A DNA stretch of 64,000 bases, taken from an uncultured Gemmatimonadales bacterium (lineage in GTDB: Bacteria; Gemmatimonadota; Gemmatimonadetes; Gemmatimonadales; GWC2-71-9). The notes beneath the pieces were generated by a model. It was given only the letters and a program-made list of their open reading frames with translations. It had not been told where the DNA came from and did no database searches. Location: positions 960,001 through 1,024,000 of the forward strand of contig CAVZZO010000001.1 of assembly GCA_963779755.1 (NCBI GenBank). Reading direction: 5' to 3'. Numbering within the stretch: position 1 is the stretch's first letter; every line of letters begins with the position of its first letter. Position numbers and translations under genes: made by a program. Shown piece after piece: positions 10,098-19,729 of the stretch.

Positions 10098-11527
10098 GCC
10101 TTGCGCCGCGGATCATCATCGCCGATGACGACCAGGCCCTCACCCGTACGCTGAGCTGGATCCTCAAGGAAAACGGCTACGAAGTCACGGTCGTGCTCAA
10201 CGGCGATAATCTGCTCGAGCGCCTGGCGGCCGACGAGCCCTACGATCTGCTCCTGCTGGATATCATGATGCCCCGGGTGGACGGCCTCGAGCTCCTGCGG
10301 CAGCTCAAGGAAGACAGCCGGTTCAAGGATCTGCCGGTGCTCATGGTCTCTTCCATGCCGCCCGAGGAGGCGACGGTCCGCGCCCTCGGGCTCGGCGCCT
10401 CCGATTTCATCCCCAAGCCCTTCCGGGTGCGCGAGCTGCTGGCCCGGGTGAAGGCGCATCTGCGGGTGGGCCGCGAACTGAACCAGGCCCGCGCCGAGGC
10501 CCGCAGCCGGAACGAAATGGTGGAGATCCTCCAGGAAGTGGCGGCCAGCCTCAAGGCGGAGGAGATCTACCAGATCCTGGTGCGGCGAGTGGCGCGGGGG
10601 CTGCGGATTTCCAAGTGTTCCATCATCCTGGCCCGGCCGGGCGAAGAGCTGGGGACGGTCGTGGCGGCCTACGAGAACCCCATGTTGCGCCACCTGCGCA
10701 TCGAGCTCAGGAAGTACCCGGAAATCGTCCAGGCCATCGAGACCGGCCAGCTGGTGCTGGTCCGCGATGTGCTCACCGATCCGCTCTACGATGAGGCCCG
10801 CCAGCAGTGGGACGAGAGCGGAACCAGCGTGCCCACACGCTCCGCCATTGCCCTGCCGTTCACGCTGCGCGGTGAGGTCTCCGGGGTGTTCTTTCTCCGG
10901 ACCACGGCCGAGGATCCGCCGCTCAACCAGCAGGACGTCCAGTTCGCCGACCAGGTCACCCGGGCCGCGGTGGCCGCCCTGGAGAAGGCCTACGACCTGG
11001 AAAGCGTGGTGGCGGGGCAGGAGGAGCTCCGCTATCTGGCTGAGACGGATCCGCTCACCGATACGTATAATCGCCGGGCCCTGGTGGAGAAGCTGAGCCA
11101 CGAGATCGACCGGACCCAGCGCTACGGCACCGTGCTCGCCTGCCTCATGCTGGATATCGACAACTTCAAGCAGGTGAACGATACCCACGGCCACCTGATG
11201 GGAGACCGGGTCCTGCGGCACCTGGCCGGCATTCTGCGCCGGGAGCAGCGCTCGGTGGACGTAGTGGCCCGGTATGGCGGCGAGGAGTTCGTGGTCCTCC
11301 TGCCCGAAACCGGCCTTCCCGGCGCGCGCATGTTCGCCGAGCGCATCCTGCGCCGGGTCGCCGGACACGACTTCGGCGACGGCACCCGTACGGTCAACAT
11401 CACGGTGAGCATCGGCCTCGCCACCTTCCCCGACGACCGGGTGGAAGACGGCGAGCAGCTGCTGCGGCTGGCCGACACCAATCTGTACAAGGCCAAGAAG
11501 GACGGGAGGAACCGGTACCGGGACTGA
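10094..11527 (+). CDS. Response-regulator diguanylate cyclase (REC-GAF-GGDEF)
   Basis: Receiver domain (ADDD, LLDIMMP, KPF), central GAF-like region, GGEEF with RSVD I-site. ATGA overlap with the upstream gene. Confidence 0.93.
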   Translation: MSLAPRIIIADDDQALTRTLSWILKENGYEVTVVLNGDNLLERLAADEPYDLLLLDIMMPRVDGLELLRQLKEDSRFKDLPVLMVSSMPPEEATVRALGLGASDFIPKPFRVRELLARVKAHLRVGRELNQARAEARSRNEMVEILQEVAASLKAEEIYQILVRRVARGLRISKCSIILARPGEELGTVVAAYENPMLRHLRIELRKYPEIVQAIETGQLVLVRDVLTDPLYDEARQQWDESGTSVPTRSAIALPFTLRGEVSGVFFLRTTAEDPPLNQQDVQFADQVTRAAVAALEKAYDLESVVAGQEELRYLAETDPLTDTYNRRALVEKLSHEIDRTQRYGTVLACLMLDIDNFKQVNDTHGHLMGDRVLRHLAGILRREQRSVDVVARYGGEEFVVLLPETGLPGARMFAERILRRVAGHDFGDGTRTVNITVSIGLATFPDDRVEDGEQLLRLADTNLYKAKKDGRNRYRD

Positions 11528-11533
11528 ACACCA

Positions 11534-11597
11534 GGGAATGGGGAAACGGGAATGGGGAAAGGCCCATACGTTCCCGGTTCCCTTTTCCCTTTTCCCG
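11534..11597. repeat. Inverted 7-mer microsatellite (GGGAANN)4/(TTCCCNN)4
   Basis: Arms at 11534-11561 and 11571-11597, between the cyclase and kinase genes. Confidence 0.85.
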
Positions 11598-11621
11598 CTC
11601 TGATCTTACCTTCAAAAGGCC

Positions 11622-12722
11622 ATGCCCGACGCCCCCCGCCCCACCTCTCCCTCCAGTGCGCGCCGCTGCCCGCGGTGCGGAGCCACGTTCGCGCCCCCGG
11701 CCCGGTTCTGCCAGAACGATGGGTCGCCGCTGCTGGATGTGCAGGGCAGTACGCCGGCTCCCGGGTCGCGCCCCTCGTCGGTGCAATCCAGGACGGAGGT
11801 GCGCCGCTCCCCCTCGCCCCAGGCCGATCCCGCCGGGACCCTGACCAATCAGGTGCTGGACGGCCGTTACGAAATCCGGCGCAAGCTGGGCGAGGGCGGC
11901 ATGTCGTACGTCTACGAGGCGCGGGAGGTGGCCGGGGGACAGAGCGTCGCCATCAAGGTGCTCTCTCCCCGGCTCGCGGGCGAGCGCAATTCGGTGGAAC
12001 GGTTACGCCGCGAGGCGGGGCTGGCCATGCGGCTGGACCACCCCAATGTCTGCCGTATCCTCCGCCTGGGGGAAACCGAAGACGGCCTGATCTATCTCGT
12101 CATGCCGTACCTGGCGGGCGAGCTGTTGTCCGATCTGGAAGTGCGAGAAGGGCAGATAGCAGTCTCCCTCGGGGTGCCGCTCCTGATCCAGATGGCCCGC
12201 GGCCTGCAGCATGCGCATGAGCTGCAGATCATTCATCGCGACCTCAAGCCCGAAAACGTCATGCTGCTGAAAGACCCGGGCATCCCCTGCGGGCTCCGGG
12301 CCGTGGTGATGGACTTCGGGCTGGCCAAGGAACGGCGCACCGGGCCCGAGGCGGCCAAGCTGACCGCAACCGGTATCGTGCTGGGCACGCCCGAGTTCAT
12401 GAGCCCCGAGCAGATCCGGGGCAAGCCGTTGGATGCCCGCAGTGATGTCTATGCGCTCTCCATTCTGGGGTTCGAGATGTTCACCACCCAGCTGCCGTTC
12501 CAGGGCCGGACCGCCCAGGAAACGATGATCGCGCGGCTCCGGGGCCATCCAACGCCGCTGCGGAAGGTCCGTCCCGATCTTCCGGCCGGGCTGGAGACCG
12601 TCATCATGCGGGGCCTGGACACCGATCCCGGGAAGCGCTGGAGCACCATGGCGGATTTCGCCCAGGCGCTGTCGGAAATGGACGGCGGGAAGACCATGTT
12701 CAACCGGATCTTCGGACGATGA
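11622..12722 (+). CDS. Hanks-type Ser/Thr protein kinase with N-terminal zinc-ribbon-like segment
   Basis: LGEGGMS.V, VAIK, HRDLKPEN, DFG, GTPEFMSPE. N-terminal CPRC..FC. No TM segment. Confidence 0.93.
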   Translation: MPDAPRPTSPSSARRCPRCGATFAPPARFCQNDGSPLLDVQGSTPAPGSRPSSVQSRTEVRRSPSPQADPAGTLTNQVLDGRYEIRRKLGEGGMSYVYEAREVAGGQSVAIKVLSPRLAGERNSVERLRREAGLAMRLDHPNVCRILRLGETEDGLIYLVMPYLAGELLSDLEVREGQIAVSLGVPLLIQMARGLQHAHELQIIHRDLKPENVMLLKDPGIPCGLRAVVMDFGLAKERRTGPEAAKLTATGIVLGTPEFMSPEQIRGKPLDARSDVYALSILGFEMFTTQLPFQGRTAQETMIARLRGHPTPLRKVRPDLPAGLETVIMRGLDTDPGKRWSTMADFAQALSEMDGGKTMFNRIFGR

Positions 12723-12780
12723 GGGGCGGCAGCCCGGCCCTGAAAGCCTTCCTCGCAGCCTCTCTCCCGGAGAGCCGCCT

Positions 12781-12877
12781 GGCCGCAGGACGGCAGGCGA
12801 GGGCCGGCGGCGGTCCCCACCGGGAGCGGGGCGGTTCAACTTGCCGTCCTGCCGTCTTGCCGTCCTGCCGTCCTGCC
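12781..12877. repeat. 8-mer microsatellite (CYTGCCGT)~5 with a short complementary arm
   Basis: 12840-12877 uses the reverse complement of the unit at 6051-6083. Partner GCAGGACGGCAGG near 12785. Confidence 0.8.
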
Positions 12878-12879
12878 TC

Positions 12880-13980
12880 ATGAAGCGCTATCCCGCATTC
12901 GATCCCCCCGAGTACGTCAACTGGACGCCCGATCCCGAACTGGTTCGCGGCTTCGCCGAGACGGTCGAACGGGACGAGGCGCGCCGCGGGCTGGTCGAGC
13001 GGCTCGACCAGCCGGCATTGCTGGAGCTCTATCGCCGGCTGCTCCGCGCCCGGCTTCATGACATCGGGCTCAAGCGCTGGGTGCGCCAGGGTGTCATCTC
13101 CAAGGCCTGGCTGGGAACGGGTGAGGAGGCGACCACCGTGGGCCCGGTCTACGCGCTCGATCCGGAACGCGATTACGTCGCGCCCATGATCCGGAACGCG
13201 TCCGCCTGCTGCGACATGGGTATGCCGCTGGCCGACATGTTCCGCGGCTATCTTGGCACCGAGAATTCTCCCTCCCGGGGCCGCGACATCCATATCGGCG
13301 CGCCGGCGCATCACGTGATCTCGCCCGTCTCGCCCGTGGGCCACATGGTGCCGGTGATGCTCGGCGTGGCGATGGGCGCCCGGATGCGGGGGGAGGAGGC
13401 CGTGGCGCTGACCTGGGTGGGCGACGGGACCACCAAGGCGGGTGTGACGCACGAAGGCCTCAATTTCGCGGCCGTACGCCGCGCGCCGGTGGTCTACATT
13501 ATCGAAAACAATCAGGTGGCGCTCGGCACCCGGCTGCATCAGCATCACCGGGCCGATACCTTTACCGGCTGGCCCGCCGCCTACGGGGTCGAGGGCTGGA
13601 GCTTCGACGGCAACAACGTGCTGGATGCCTATGCCGCGACCGCACTGGCCGTCGAACGCTGCCGGGCGGGCAGCGGGCCGGCCCTGCTCCTGGCCGAAAC
13701 CTTCCGTATGGGCGGCCACGCGACGCACGACGAACGGGAAGCCCGGGAGACCTTTCCCGACGAGCTGTTCCAGGCCTGGGGCAAACGCGACCCGATCGGG
13801 CTGTACGAGGAATACCTCAAGGCCCGCGGGATCGACGCCGGCTCGCTGCAGGAGATCGAGGATAGCGTGACCGGTGAGGTAGACCAGGCGGCCGAGGAAG
13901 CCCTGGCCGACCGGGAGCGGATGCCGGCGCCGGAAACGGCGCTGCGCGGCGTCTATGCGGAGAAGCAAGGTGAGGGGTAA
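12880..13980 (+). CDS. TPP-dependent 2-oxoacid dehydrogenase E1 alpha subunit
   Basis: GDG...ENN TPP motif, FRMGGHATHD, DPI. ATG 12880 chosen because the upstream extension is 8-mer repeat. Confidence 0.88.
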   Translation: MKRYPAFDPPEYVNWTPDPELVRGFAETVERDEARRGLVERLDQPALLELYRRLLRARLHDIGLKRWVRQGVISKAWLGTGEEATTVGPVYALDPERDYVAPMIRNASACCDMGMPLADMFRGYLGTENSPSRGRDIHIGAPAHHVISPVSPVGHMVPVMLGVAMGARMRGEEAVALTWVGDGTTKAGVTHEGLNFAAVRRAPVVYIIENNQVALGTRLHQHHRADTFTGWPAAYGVEGWSFDGNNVLDAYAATALAVERCRAGSGPALLLAETFRMGGHATHDEREARETFPDELFQAWGKRDPIGLYEEYLKARGIDAGSLQEIEDSVTGEVDQAAEEALADRERMPAPETALRGVYAEKQGEG

Positions 13981-14013
13981 GGGGTAGGCCGTCGTCACAC
14001 CTCACCCCTCACC
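13969..14013. repeat. Inverted 7-mer microsatellite (GGTGAGG)/(CCTCACC)
   Basis: Three units per arm. The E1 alpha stop codon lies in the left arm. Confidence 0.75.
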
Positions 14014-14042
14014 ACACGTCCCAATCTGTCTGGAGGCCCCCA

Positions 14043-14849
14043 ATGATTCTCTCCTCCCTTCGAGGCGCCGCCAGTTACGCGCTGGTCGCCGCACTGGCGG
14101 CCGCCGCCGGTGCGGCGGTCACCTGGCTCTTCACCGGACACCGTACCCGTCCACTCGATGCCGTCACCACCCACGGCGAGTGGGTGCAGGTCCGCCGCGG
14201 CTCCGACTCCATCCGGGTCTATGTGGCCTATCCCGAGCGGAAGGACAAGGCGCCCGCCGTGCTGGTCATCCACGAGATCTACGGCCTCACCGACTGGGAG
14301 CCCACGGTGGCCGACAAGCTGGCCAGGGCCGGGTATGTGGCCGCGGTGCCGGATCTGCTCTCGCGCCAGCACGGCCGGACGCCGCCGGATCAGAATCAGG
14401 CTCGGCAGCTCATCGGACAGCTCAATCCCGACAGTATCACCGCCGATCTCGATGCGGTGGCCGGCTATCTCAACGGTCTGCCGGCGGTTCGGGCCAACGA
14501 TCTGGGCGTGATCGGCTTCTGCTGGGGGGGCGGGCAGAGCTTCCGGTACGCTACCAACAATCCGGAGCTCAAGGCGGCGGTCGTCTGCTACGGGCCGCCG
14601 CCGGACGACGCAGCCCTCGCCCGCATCCAGGCGCCGGTGCTCGGGGTCTACGGCGAGGAAGACGCCCGTATCGGCGCCACCGTGCCCGCCACCGATTCCG
14701 CCATGCAGACGCTGGGCAAGTCCTATCAGCACCATACCTATTCCGGCACCGGCCACGGGTTTCTCAAGCCGGGGCGGAAGGGGTCGGACACGGACCAGGT
14801 GGAGAAGGCCTGGGACGACATTCTCCATTTCTTTCAGAAGCACCTGTAG
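14043..14849 (+). CDS. Dienelactone hydrolase family protein, N-terminal signal/anchor
   Basis: HEIYGL, GFCWGG nucleophile elbow, GHGF. SD GGAGG upstream. Confidence 0.9.
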   Translation: MILSSLRGAASYALVAALAAAAGAAVTWLFTGHRTRPLDAVTTHGEWVQVRRGSDSIRVYVAYPERKDKAPAVLVIHEIYGLTDWEPTVADKLARAGYVAAVPDLLSRQHGRTPPDQNQARQLIGQLNPDSITADLDAVAGYLNGLPAVRANDLGVIGFCWGGGQSFRYATNNPELKAAVVCYGPPPDDAALARIQAPVLGVYGEEDARIGATVPATDSAMQTLGKSYQHHTYSGTGHGFLKPGRKGSDTDQVEKAWDDILHFFQKHL

Positions 14850-14855
14850 CCTTGG

Positions 14856-14885
14856 GGTAGGCGGCAGACATGCCTGCCGCCTACC
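14856..14885. repeat. Perfect 12-bp intergenic hairpin related to the 8-mer unit
   Basis: GGTAGGCGGCAG-acatgc-CTGCCGCCTACC. Confidence 0.7.
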
Positions 14886-14895
14886 TTTCCCGCCC

Positions 14896-16467
14896 ATGCT
14901 CTTGCTCCTCGCCCTCCTCCAGCTCCAGGCTCCCACGCCCACGCTGGCCTCCACGCCGCCTCCCGCCCACAATGCCCTGCGGTACGAGATCACCCTCTCG
15001 CTGGGCGATACCTCCCGTGCGATTACCGGAGTGACGGGCACTTCCTGGCGGCTCGCATCCCGTGAGCCGCTGCGCCTGGAGCTGGACAGCGCCCTGCGCG
15101 TCACCGGGGTGACGCTGAACGGCCACCGGGCCCGGTGGCGACGCCAGGGCGACCTCGTCCTCATTCCCCACCGGGGAGGCGCCGGCGATACGCTGCATTC
15201 GACCATTGCCTATCGGGGGGTGCCGCGGGACGGACTCATCATCCACGACAGCATGGGCACCCGCACGTTCTTCGCCGACAACTGGCCCAACCGCGCGCAT
15301 CGCTGGTTTCCCTCCCAGGACCATCCCAGCGACAAGGCCGAGGTATCGTTTCAGGTCGAAGCGCCGGCGGGATTCTCGGTCATCGCCAACGGTGTCCGCC
15401 GGCGGGTGGATACCCTCTCCACCGGCCGCACCCGCTGGACCTACCGGCTCGACGTGCCGATCCCGGTGTACACCATGGTGGTGGGCGCGGCTCGCTTCGC
15501 GCGGACCCCGCTGGGGCGGGCCGCCTGCGAGGTGCGCTGCGTCGACCTCGCCGTCTGGACCTATCCCGCCGATTCCGCCTGGGCGGTGGACGGCCCCTTC
15601 CGCCGCGCCGGCGAGATCGTCGCCTATTTCTCGAGCCTGGTGGGGCCGTTCCCCTACCCCGACCTGGCCCACGTCGAGTCCAGCACCATCTTCGGCGGCA
15701 TGGAAAACTCGACCGCCATCTTCTACGACGAAAATGCCTACCGCCGCCACGCACTCCGCGAGGCGATAGTGGCCCATGAGACGGCCCACCAGTGGTTCGG
15801 CGACGCCGTCACCGAGCGCAGTTGGGACCATCTCTGGCTGTCGGAAGGCTTCGCCAGCTATTTCGCCGCGCTCTGGGCGGAGCACCTGGGCGGCGACTCC
15901 GCGCTGCAGGCGGCCATGCGGGGAGAGGCCGCCGGGATCTTCCGCTCGAACGCTACCGAGCGTCCGGTGGTGGATACCGCCGCAAACCTGATGCGACTGC
16001 TCAATACCAACAACTACAACAAGGGCGCGTGGGTCCTGCACTCGCTCCGCGGTATCCTGGGCGATTCTGCCTTCTTTCGCGGCCTTCGCCTCTACTATCA
16101 GACCTTCCGCGACAGCACGGCCCTGAGCCGGGATTTTGCGCACGTGATGGAATCCGCCTCGGGCAAGGATCTGGGCTGGTACTTCCAGCAGGCGCTGCAC
16201 CAGCCGGGCTATCCCCGCCTGCAGGTGGACTGGAGCTACCGGGATGGGGCGGTAGACCTGGAGATCCGGCAGGTGCAGAAGCCCGCCTGGGGCACCTACC
16301 GTCTGCCGGGCCTGGAGCTCCTGGTGGGCGACCAGCTGCTACGGCTGGATGTCGACAGCGCGGTGAGCCAGGCGCGGTTCACCGGCTTCCCCGCCGCGCC
16401 CGATTCCCTGACGGTGGATCCCAACGGCTGGTGGCTGTTGCAGGCGAAGACGGAGCGGCGCCGGTGA
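14896..16467 (+). CDS. M1 family zinc aminopeptidase, exported
   Basis: GGMEN, HETAH...E (WLSEG), YNKG. Signal-like N-terminus. Confidence 0.92.
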   Translation: MLLLLALLQLQAPTPTLASTPPPAHNALRYEITLSLGDTSRAITGVTGTSWRLASREPLRLELDSALRVTGVTLNGHRARWRRQGDLVLIPHRGGAGDTLHSTIAYRGVPRDGLIIHDSMGTRTFFADNWPNRAHRWFPSQDHPSDKAEVSFQVEAPAGFSVIANGVRRRVDTLSTGRTRWTYRLDVPIPVYTMVVGAARFARTPLGRAACEVRCVDLAVWTYPADSAWAVDGPFRRAGEIVAYFSSLVGPFPYPDLAHVESSTIFGGMENSTAIFYDENAYRRHALREAIVAHETAHQWFGDAVTERSWDHLWLSEGFASYFAALWAEHLGGDSALQAAMRGEAAGIFRSNATERPVVDTAANLMRLLNTNNYNKGAWVLHSLRGILGDSAFFRGLRLYYQTFRDSTALSRDFAHVMESASGKDLGWYFQQALHQPGYPRLQVDWSYRDGAVDLEIRQVQKPAWGTYRLPGLELLVGDQLLRLDVDSAVSQARFTGFPAAPDSLTVDPNGWWLLQAKTERRR

Positions 16468-17243
16468 GCCGGGGCCGGCGGCGCAGGCTGGCGGCGGTGG
16501 CCGTATTCGCCGCCGCAGCGGTCGCCTGCAAGCTTTCCATCTCGCCCCTCATCAACAAACTGGATGTGGGCCAGGAGGCATATCTGGTCTTCCAGGGAAG
16601 GGGAGAGGGGGACGTGGGCGATCTCTACGCCGTGGCCGCCGCCGGGGGGCCGGTCTTTCCCTTCACCTTCAGCAAGGTGCACGAGACCGCGCCCGCGCTC
16701 TCCCCCGACGGGGTCGTCGTCGCTTTCATCCGGGGACGCACGCCGGGCGACTCGGCTTCCTATCGCGTCTGGTTCATGAACCTGCTGAATGGAGCGGAGC
16801 GGGAAGTGCCTGCCTTCCCGCCGGGCGTGGTGCCGCGCCGCCTGGGCTGGTCGGCGGACGGGAAGGTACTCTATATCGCCACGGCGGCGGGGCCCTACCA
16901 GACGGCTGCTCCTCCGGGGCGCGGCGGCCTGGCCCCTGTGCCCGGCCCCGCCCGGGCCTCCGCCGACTCGGGGCTGGCCGTGATGCTGGGGAGCCCCGCC
17001 TTCGCGCGGGCCGCGACCTGTCCCGGCGGGAGCGGGATCTGCACCTGGCGTGATTCCACGCTGGCCGACACCCTCTCGGCCGCCGCTCGCGATCCGGCCC
17101 GCTGGGGCCCCGACTCGGTTGCGTATTTTGTGGACGGCCAGCTGCAGATTCGCCCGCTGGGCGGCGGCCATAACCGCGAGCCGAGCTGGTCCAATGCTCC
17201 CGCCGACCCGCGGTTCCCGTCCTATTTCGCCGGCCCCCGCTGA
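16464..17243 (+). CDS. Putative lipoprotein with TolB/PD40-like repeats
   Basis: GTG start overlapping the upstream TGA. Basic N-region plus AVAC lipobox. PALSPDG and WSADGK motifs. Confidence 0.65.
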   Translation: MSRGRRRRLAAVAVFAAAAVACKLSISPLINKLDVGQEAYLVFQGRGEGDVGDLYAVAAAGGPVFPFTFSKVHETAPALSPDGVVVAFIRGRTPGDSASYRVWFMNLLNGAEREVPAFPPGVVPRRLGWSADGKVLYIATAAGPYQTAAPPGRGGLAPVPGPARASADSGLAVMLGSPAFARAATCPGGSGICTWRDSTLADTLSAAARDPARWGPDSVAYFVDGQLQIRPLGGGHNREPSWSNAPADPRFPSYFAGPR

Positions 17244-17277
17244 TTGCTCGCCGTTCCTCCTTCGAGCTTGTCGCCTC

Positions 17278-18948
17278 TCAGACCGTTATTTCCCGCGACC
17301 ACGCCTGCTCAGTGCCCGGTGCGCCGTCCGGCGGCGGCATGCGCGACATCGCGTATTCCGCCAGGGCCGTAATCGAGAGGCTGGGGTTCACCCCGGGGTT
17401 GGCGGGCATGATGGAGCCGTCTACCACATACAGACCGGGATAGCCGTGGGCCTGGCAGTCCAGATCCACCACGCCTTCTTCCCGGTCGTGTCCCATGGGA
17501 CAGCCGCCCAGGATGTGGGCCGTCATGGGCACACCGAGGAGACCCTCATTGACGGAGCCGGACGCGATGCCTCCGGTCTTCTCGGCGAAACGCCGCGTCA
17601 CTTCATGGCCGATCTCCACCGTGACCGGAATGCTCTTGCCGGAATCGGTTTCCGAGGCCAGTCCGCGGCGGAACAGGGTGAGCGGGCCGCGCCGCAGCCG
17701 CACGCGAATACGATTGTCCACCTTCTGCATGACCAGAATGATCGTGGTGCGCTGGGCCCAGCCCGGCAGCAGATGCGTCCGCATGAAATCCATCGGCCGG
17801 TGCAGGATATCGAGCGCTGAGCGCAGCAGCCGGGCGGGGATGCTGCCGCCGGAGAGCAGCGGGCCGGTGAGAAATCGCATGACCGACGACCCGGCGGGAT
17901 AGCGCACCGGCTCTACGCTGGTCACCGGATCGGCCTGGAAGATCGAGGTGATGGCGATGCCCTTGGAGTAGTCGGGGGTGGCCGACCGGCTGACGCTGCC
18001 CAGGATGGCTTCGCTGTTGGTCCGGACCATATCTCCCAGCCGGGGAGAGAGCCGTGAGAGCGAGCCGGTGACGTCGCGGCAGCGGAACAACAGCCGCATG
18101 GTGCCCAGTGCCCCAGCCGAGAGGATGACGCGGCGGGCCCGGACCCGGTGGGTCCGGCGGTCCAGAATGCCGGAGGTGCGCTGATACAGCACCTCGTAAC
18201 GGGCGCCGTCCGCCTGATCTCCGTTGAGCGGGCGGATGTCGCGCACCCGGGCATCGGCCCGGATCTGCGCTCCCTTCCGCTCCGCCAGCCAGAGATAATT
18301 CTTCACCAGCGTGTTCTTGGCGTTGTGACGGCAGCCCACCATGCAGGCGCCGCAGTGGATGCAGCCCCGGCGGGGCGGCCCCTCGCCCCCGAAGTAGGGG
18401 TCGGGGACTTCCTCACCCTCCCGGCCCGGCTCCCCGAAGAAGGTCCCCACCCGGGTGGGCTGGAAGGTGGAGGACACCCCCATCTCCTCGGCGATGTGCT
18501 GGAGTACCTCGTCGGCCGGCCCCAGACGGGTATTCCGGGCGACGCCCAGCATGCGCCGGGCGGTGGCGTAGTGCGGTTCCAGCAGGGTCTTCCAGTCGGC
18601 CAGATGGCGCCAGCCCGGCGCATCGAACATCTCGGGCGACGGCTCCATGAGGACATTGGCGTACCCCAGGCTGCCGCCGCCGACACCGGCGCCGTGGAGG
18701 ACGACCACGTGCCGCAGCGGCGAGATCTGCAGGATCCCGAAGCAGCGAAGCGCGGGGGCCCAGAGGTAGCGCCGGATGTTCCAGTTGGAGCGGGCGAAGT
18801 CCTCGTCGCGGAAGCGGCGGCCCTGCTCGAGGACGAGGACGCGGTGGCCCTTCTCGGTAAGCCGGAGGGCAGAGACGCTCCCCCCGAAGCCGCTGCCGAT
18901 GATGACGGCGTCGTAGTAGTCCCGGGTGCCGTTTCGCTGTTCGTTCAT
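17278..18948 (-). CDS. GMC oxidoreductase, cholesterol-oxidase-like
   Basis: IIGSGFGG, LEQG, GVGGGSL, TAHILGG, VVDGS..P...GVNPSLSI. Confidence 0.9.
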   Translation of the reverse strand: MNEQRNGTRDYYDAVIIGSGFGGSVSALRLTEKGHRVLVLEQGRRFRDEDFARSNWNIRRYLWAPALRCFGILQISPLRHVVVLHGAGVGGGSLGYANVLMEPSPEMFDAPGWRHLADWKTLLEPHYATARRMLGVARNTRLGPADEVLQHIAEEMGVSSTFQPTRVGTFFGEPGREGEEVPDPYFGGEGPPRRGCIHCGACMVGCRHNAKNTLVKNYLWLAERKGAQIRADARVRDIRPLNGDQADGARYEVLYQRTSGILDRRTHRVRARRVILSAGALGTMRLLFRCRDVTGSLSRLSPRLGDMVRTNSEAILGSVSRSATPDYSKGIAITSIFQADPVTSVEPVRYPAGSSVMRFLTGPLLSGGSIPARLLRSALDILHRPMDFMRTHLLPGWAQRTTIILVMQKVDNRIRVRLRRGPLTLFRRGLASETDSGKSIPVTVEIGHEVTRRFAEKTGGIASGSVNEGLLGVPMTAHILGGCPMGHDREEGVVDLDCQAHGYPGLYVVDGSIMPANPGVNPSLSITALAEYAMSRMPPPDGAPGTEQAWSREITV

Positions 18949-18995
18949 CGATCCCAACCCCGGCGGCCTCTGCGTTGAGTAAGCTGAGGCTTGCC

Positions 18996-19619
18996 TTATT
19001 CCGCCCTGACGGTGATCGCATCCCAGGCCGCGTCCAGCGTCATCCCCACATGGGGATGATCGGCCGGCCACTCCCGGGCGCAGGCCCGCTCCACCGTGAA
19101 CTGGATCAGCGCCAGCCACACCGCCGACCACAGTTCCGCCGGGCCGGAACGGATTTTCCCATCCGACTTGCCGGCGGCGACCACCTGCTGCAGCGTCTCG
19201 CGCATCTCCCGGGCCGCCTCCCGGCTGCGGTCGTCGAGATGGCTGTCGTCGCGCGGGTAGAACAGCATGCGCATGGCTGCCGGATCCCGTTCGCCGCTCT
19301 CCACCAGGTGGCGGGCGATACGATTCAGCCGGTCCCGGACGCCCAGCGAGCGGTCGCTTTCGGCCTCCTTGATGAGCTTGACGGCCCAGCGCTGCGCCCC
19401 GCGGAAGATCTCGTTGAGCAGGTGCTCCTTGCCGTTGAAGTGGCGGTAGATGGTGCCTTCGGCCACGCCGGCGCGCTCGGCGATCATCGGGGTGGTGGTG
19501 CCCCGGAAGCCGATCGACGTGTACAGCTCCAGGGCCGCCCGGAGCAGCCGCTGGCGCGTGGCTTCTCCGTCGCGCCGGGGGGTGGGAGGCGCGGACGGAG
19601 GAGAAACTGGAGAGGACAT
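18996..19619 (-). CDS. TetR/AcrR family transcriptional regulator
   Basis: HTH signature IAERAGVAEGTIYRHF..KE.L. Confidence 0.93.
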   Translation of the reverse strand: MSSPVSPPSAPPTPRRDGEATRQRLLRAALELYTSIGFRGTTTPMIAERAGVAEGTIYRHFNGKEHLLNEIFRGAQRWAVKLIKEAESDRSLGVRDRLNRIARHLVESGERDPAAMRMLFYPRDDSHLDDRSREAAREMRETLQQVVAAGKSDGKIRSGPAELWSAVWLALIQFTVERACAREWPADHPHVGMTLDAAWDAITVRAE

Positions 19620-19729
19620 GCCTCTAATCTACACGCGGAGCCGGAGGTGGTAACGCCCGGTTGAGCCGGGGGCCCTGACCCGGCTAGATTCGAGGGCTTC
19701 TCCGGGCTCGCTCACATGGAGTTAACCAT

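Noticed and set aside
12833..12865. Third GGTTCAAC as an ECF promoter
   Set aside because: No CGTA at 17-nt spacing. The downstream sequence is the 8-mer repeat.
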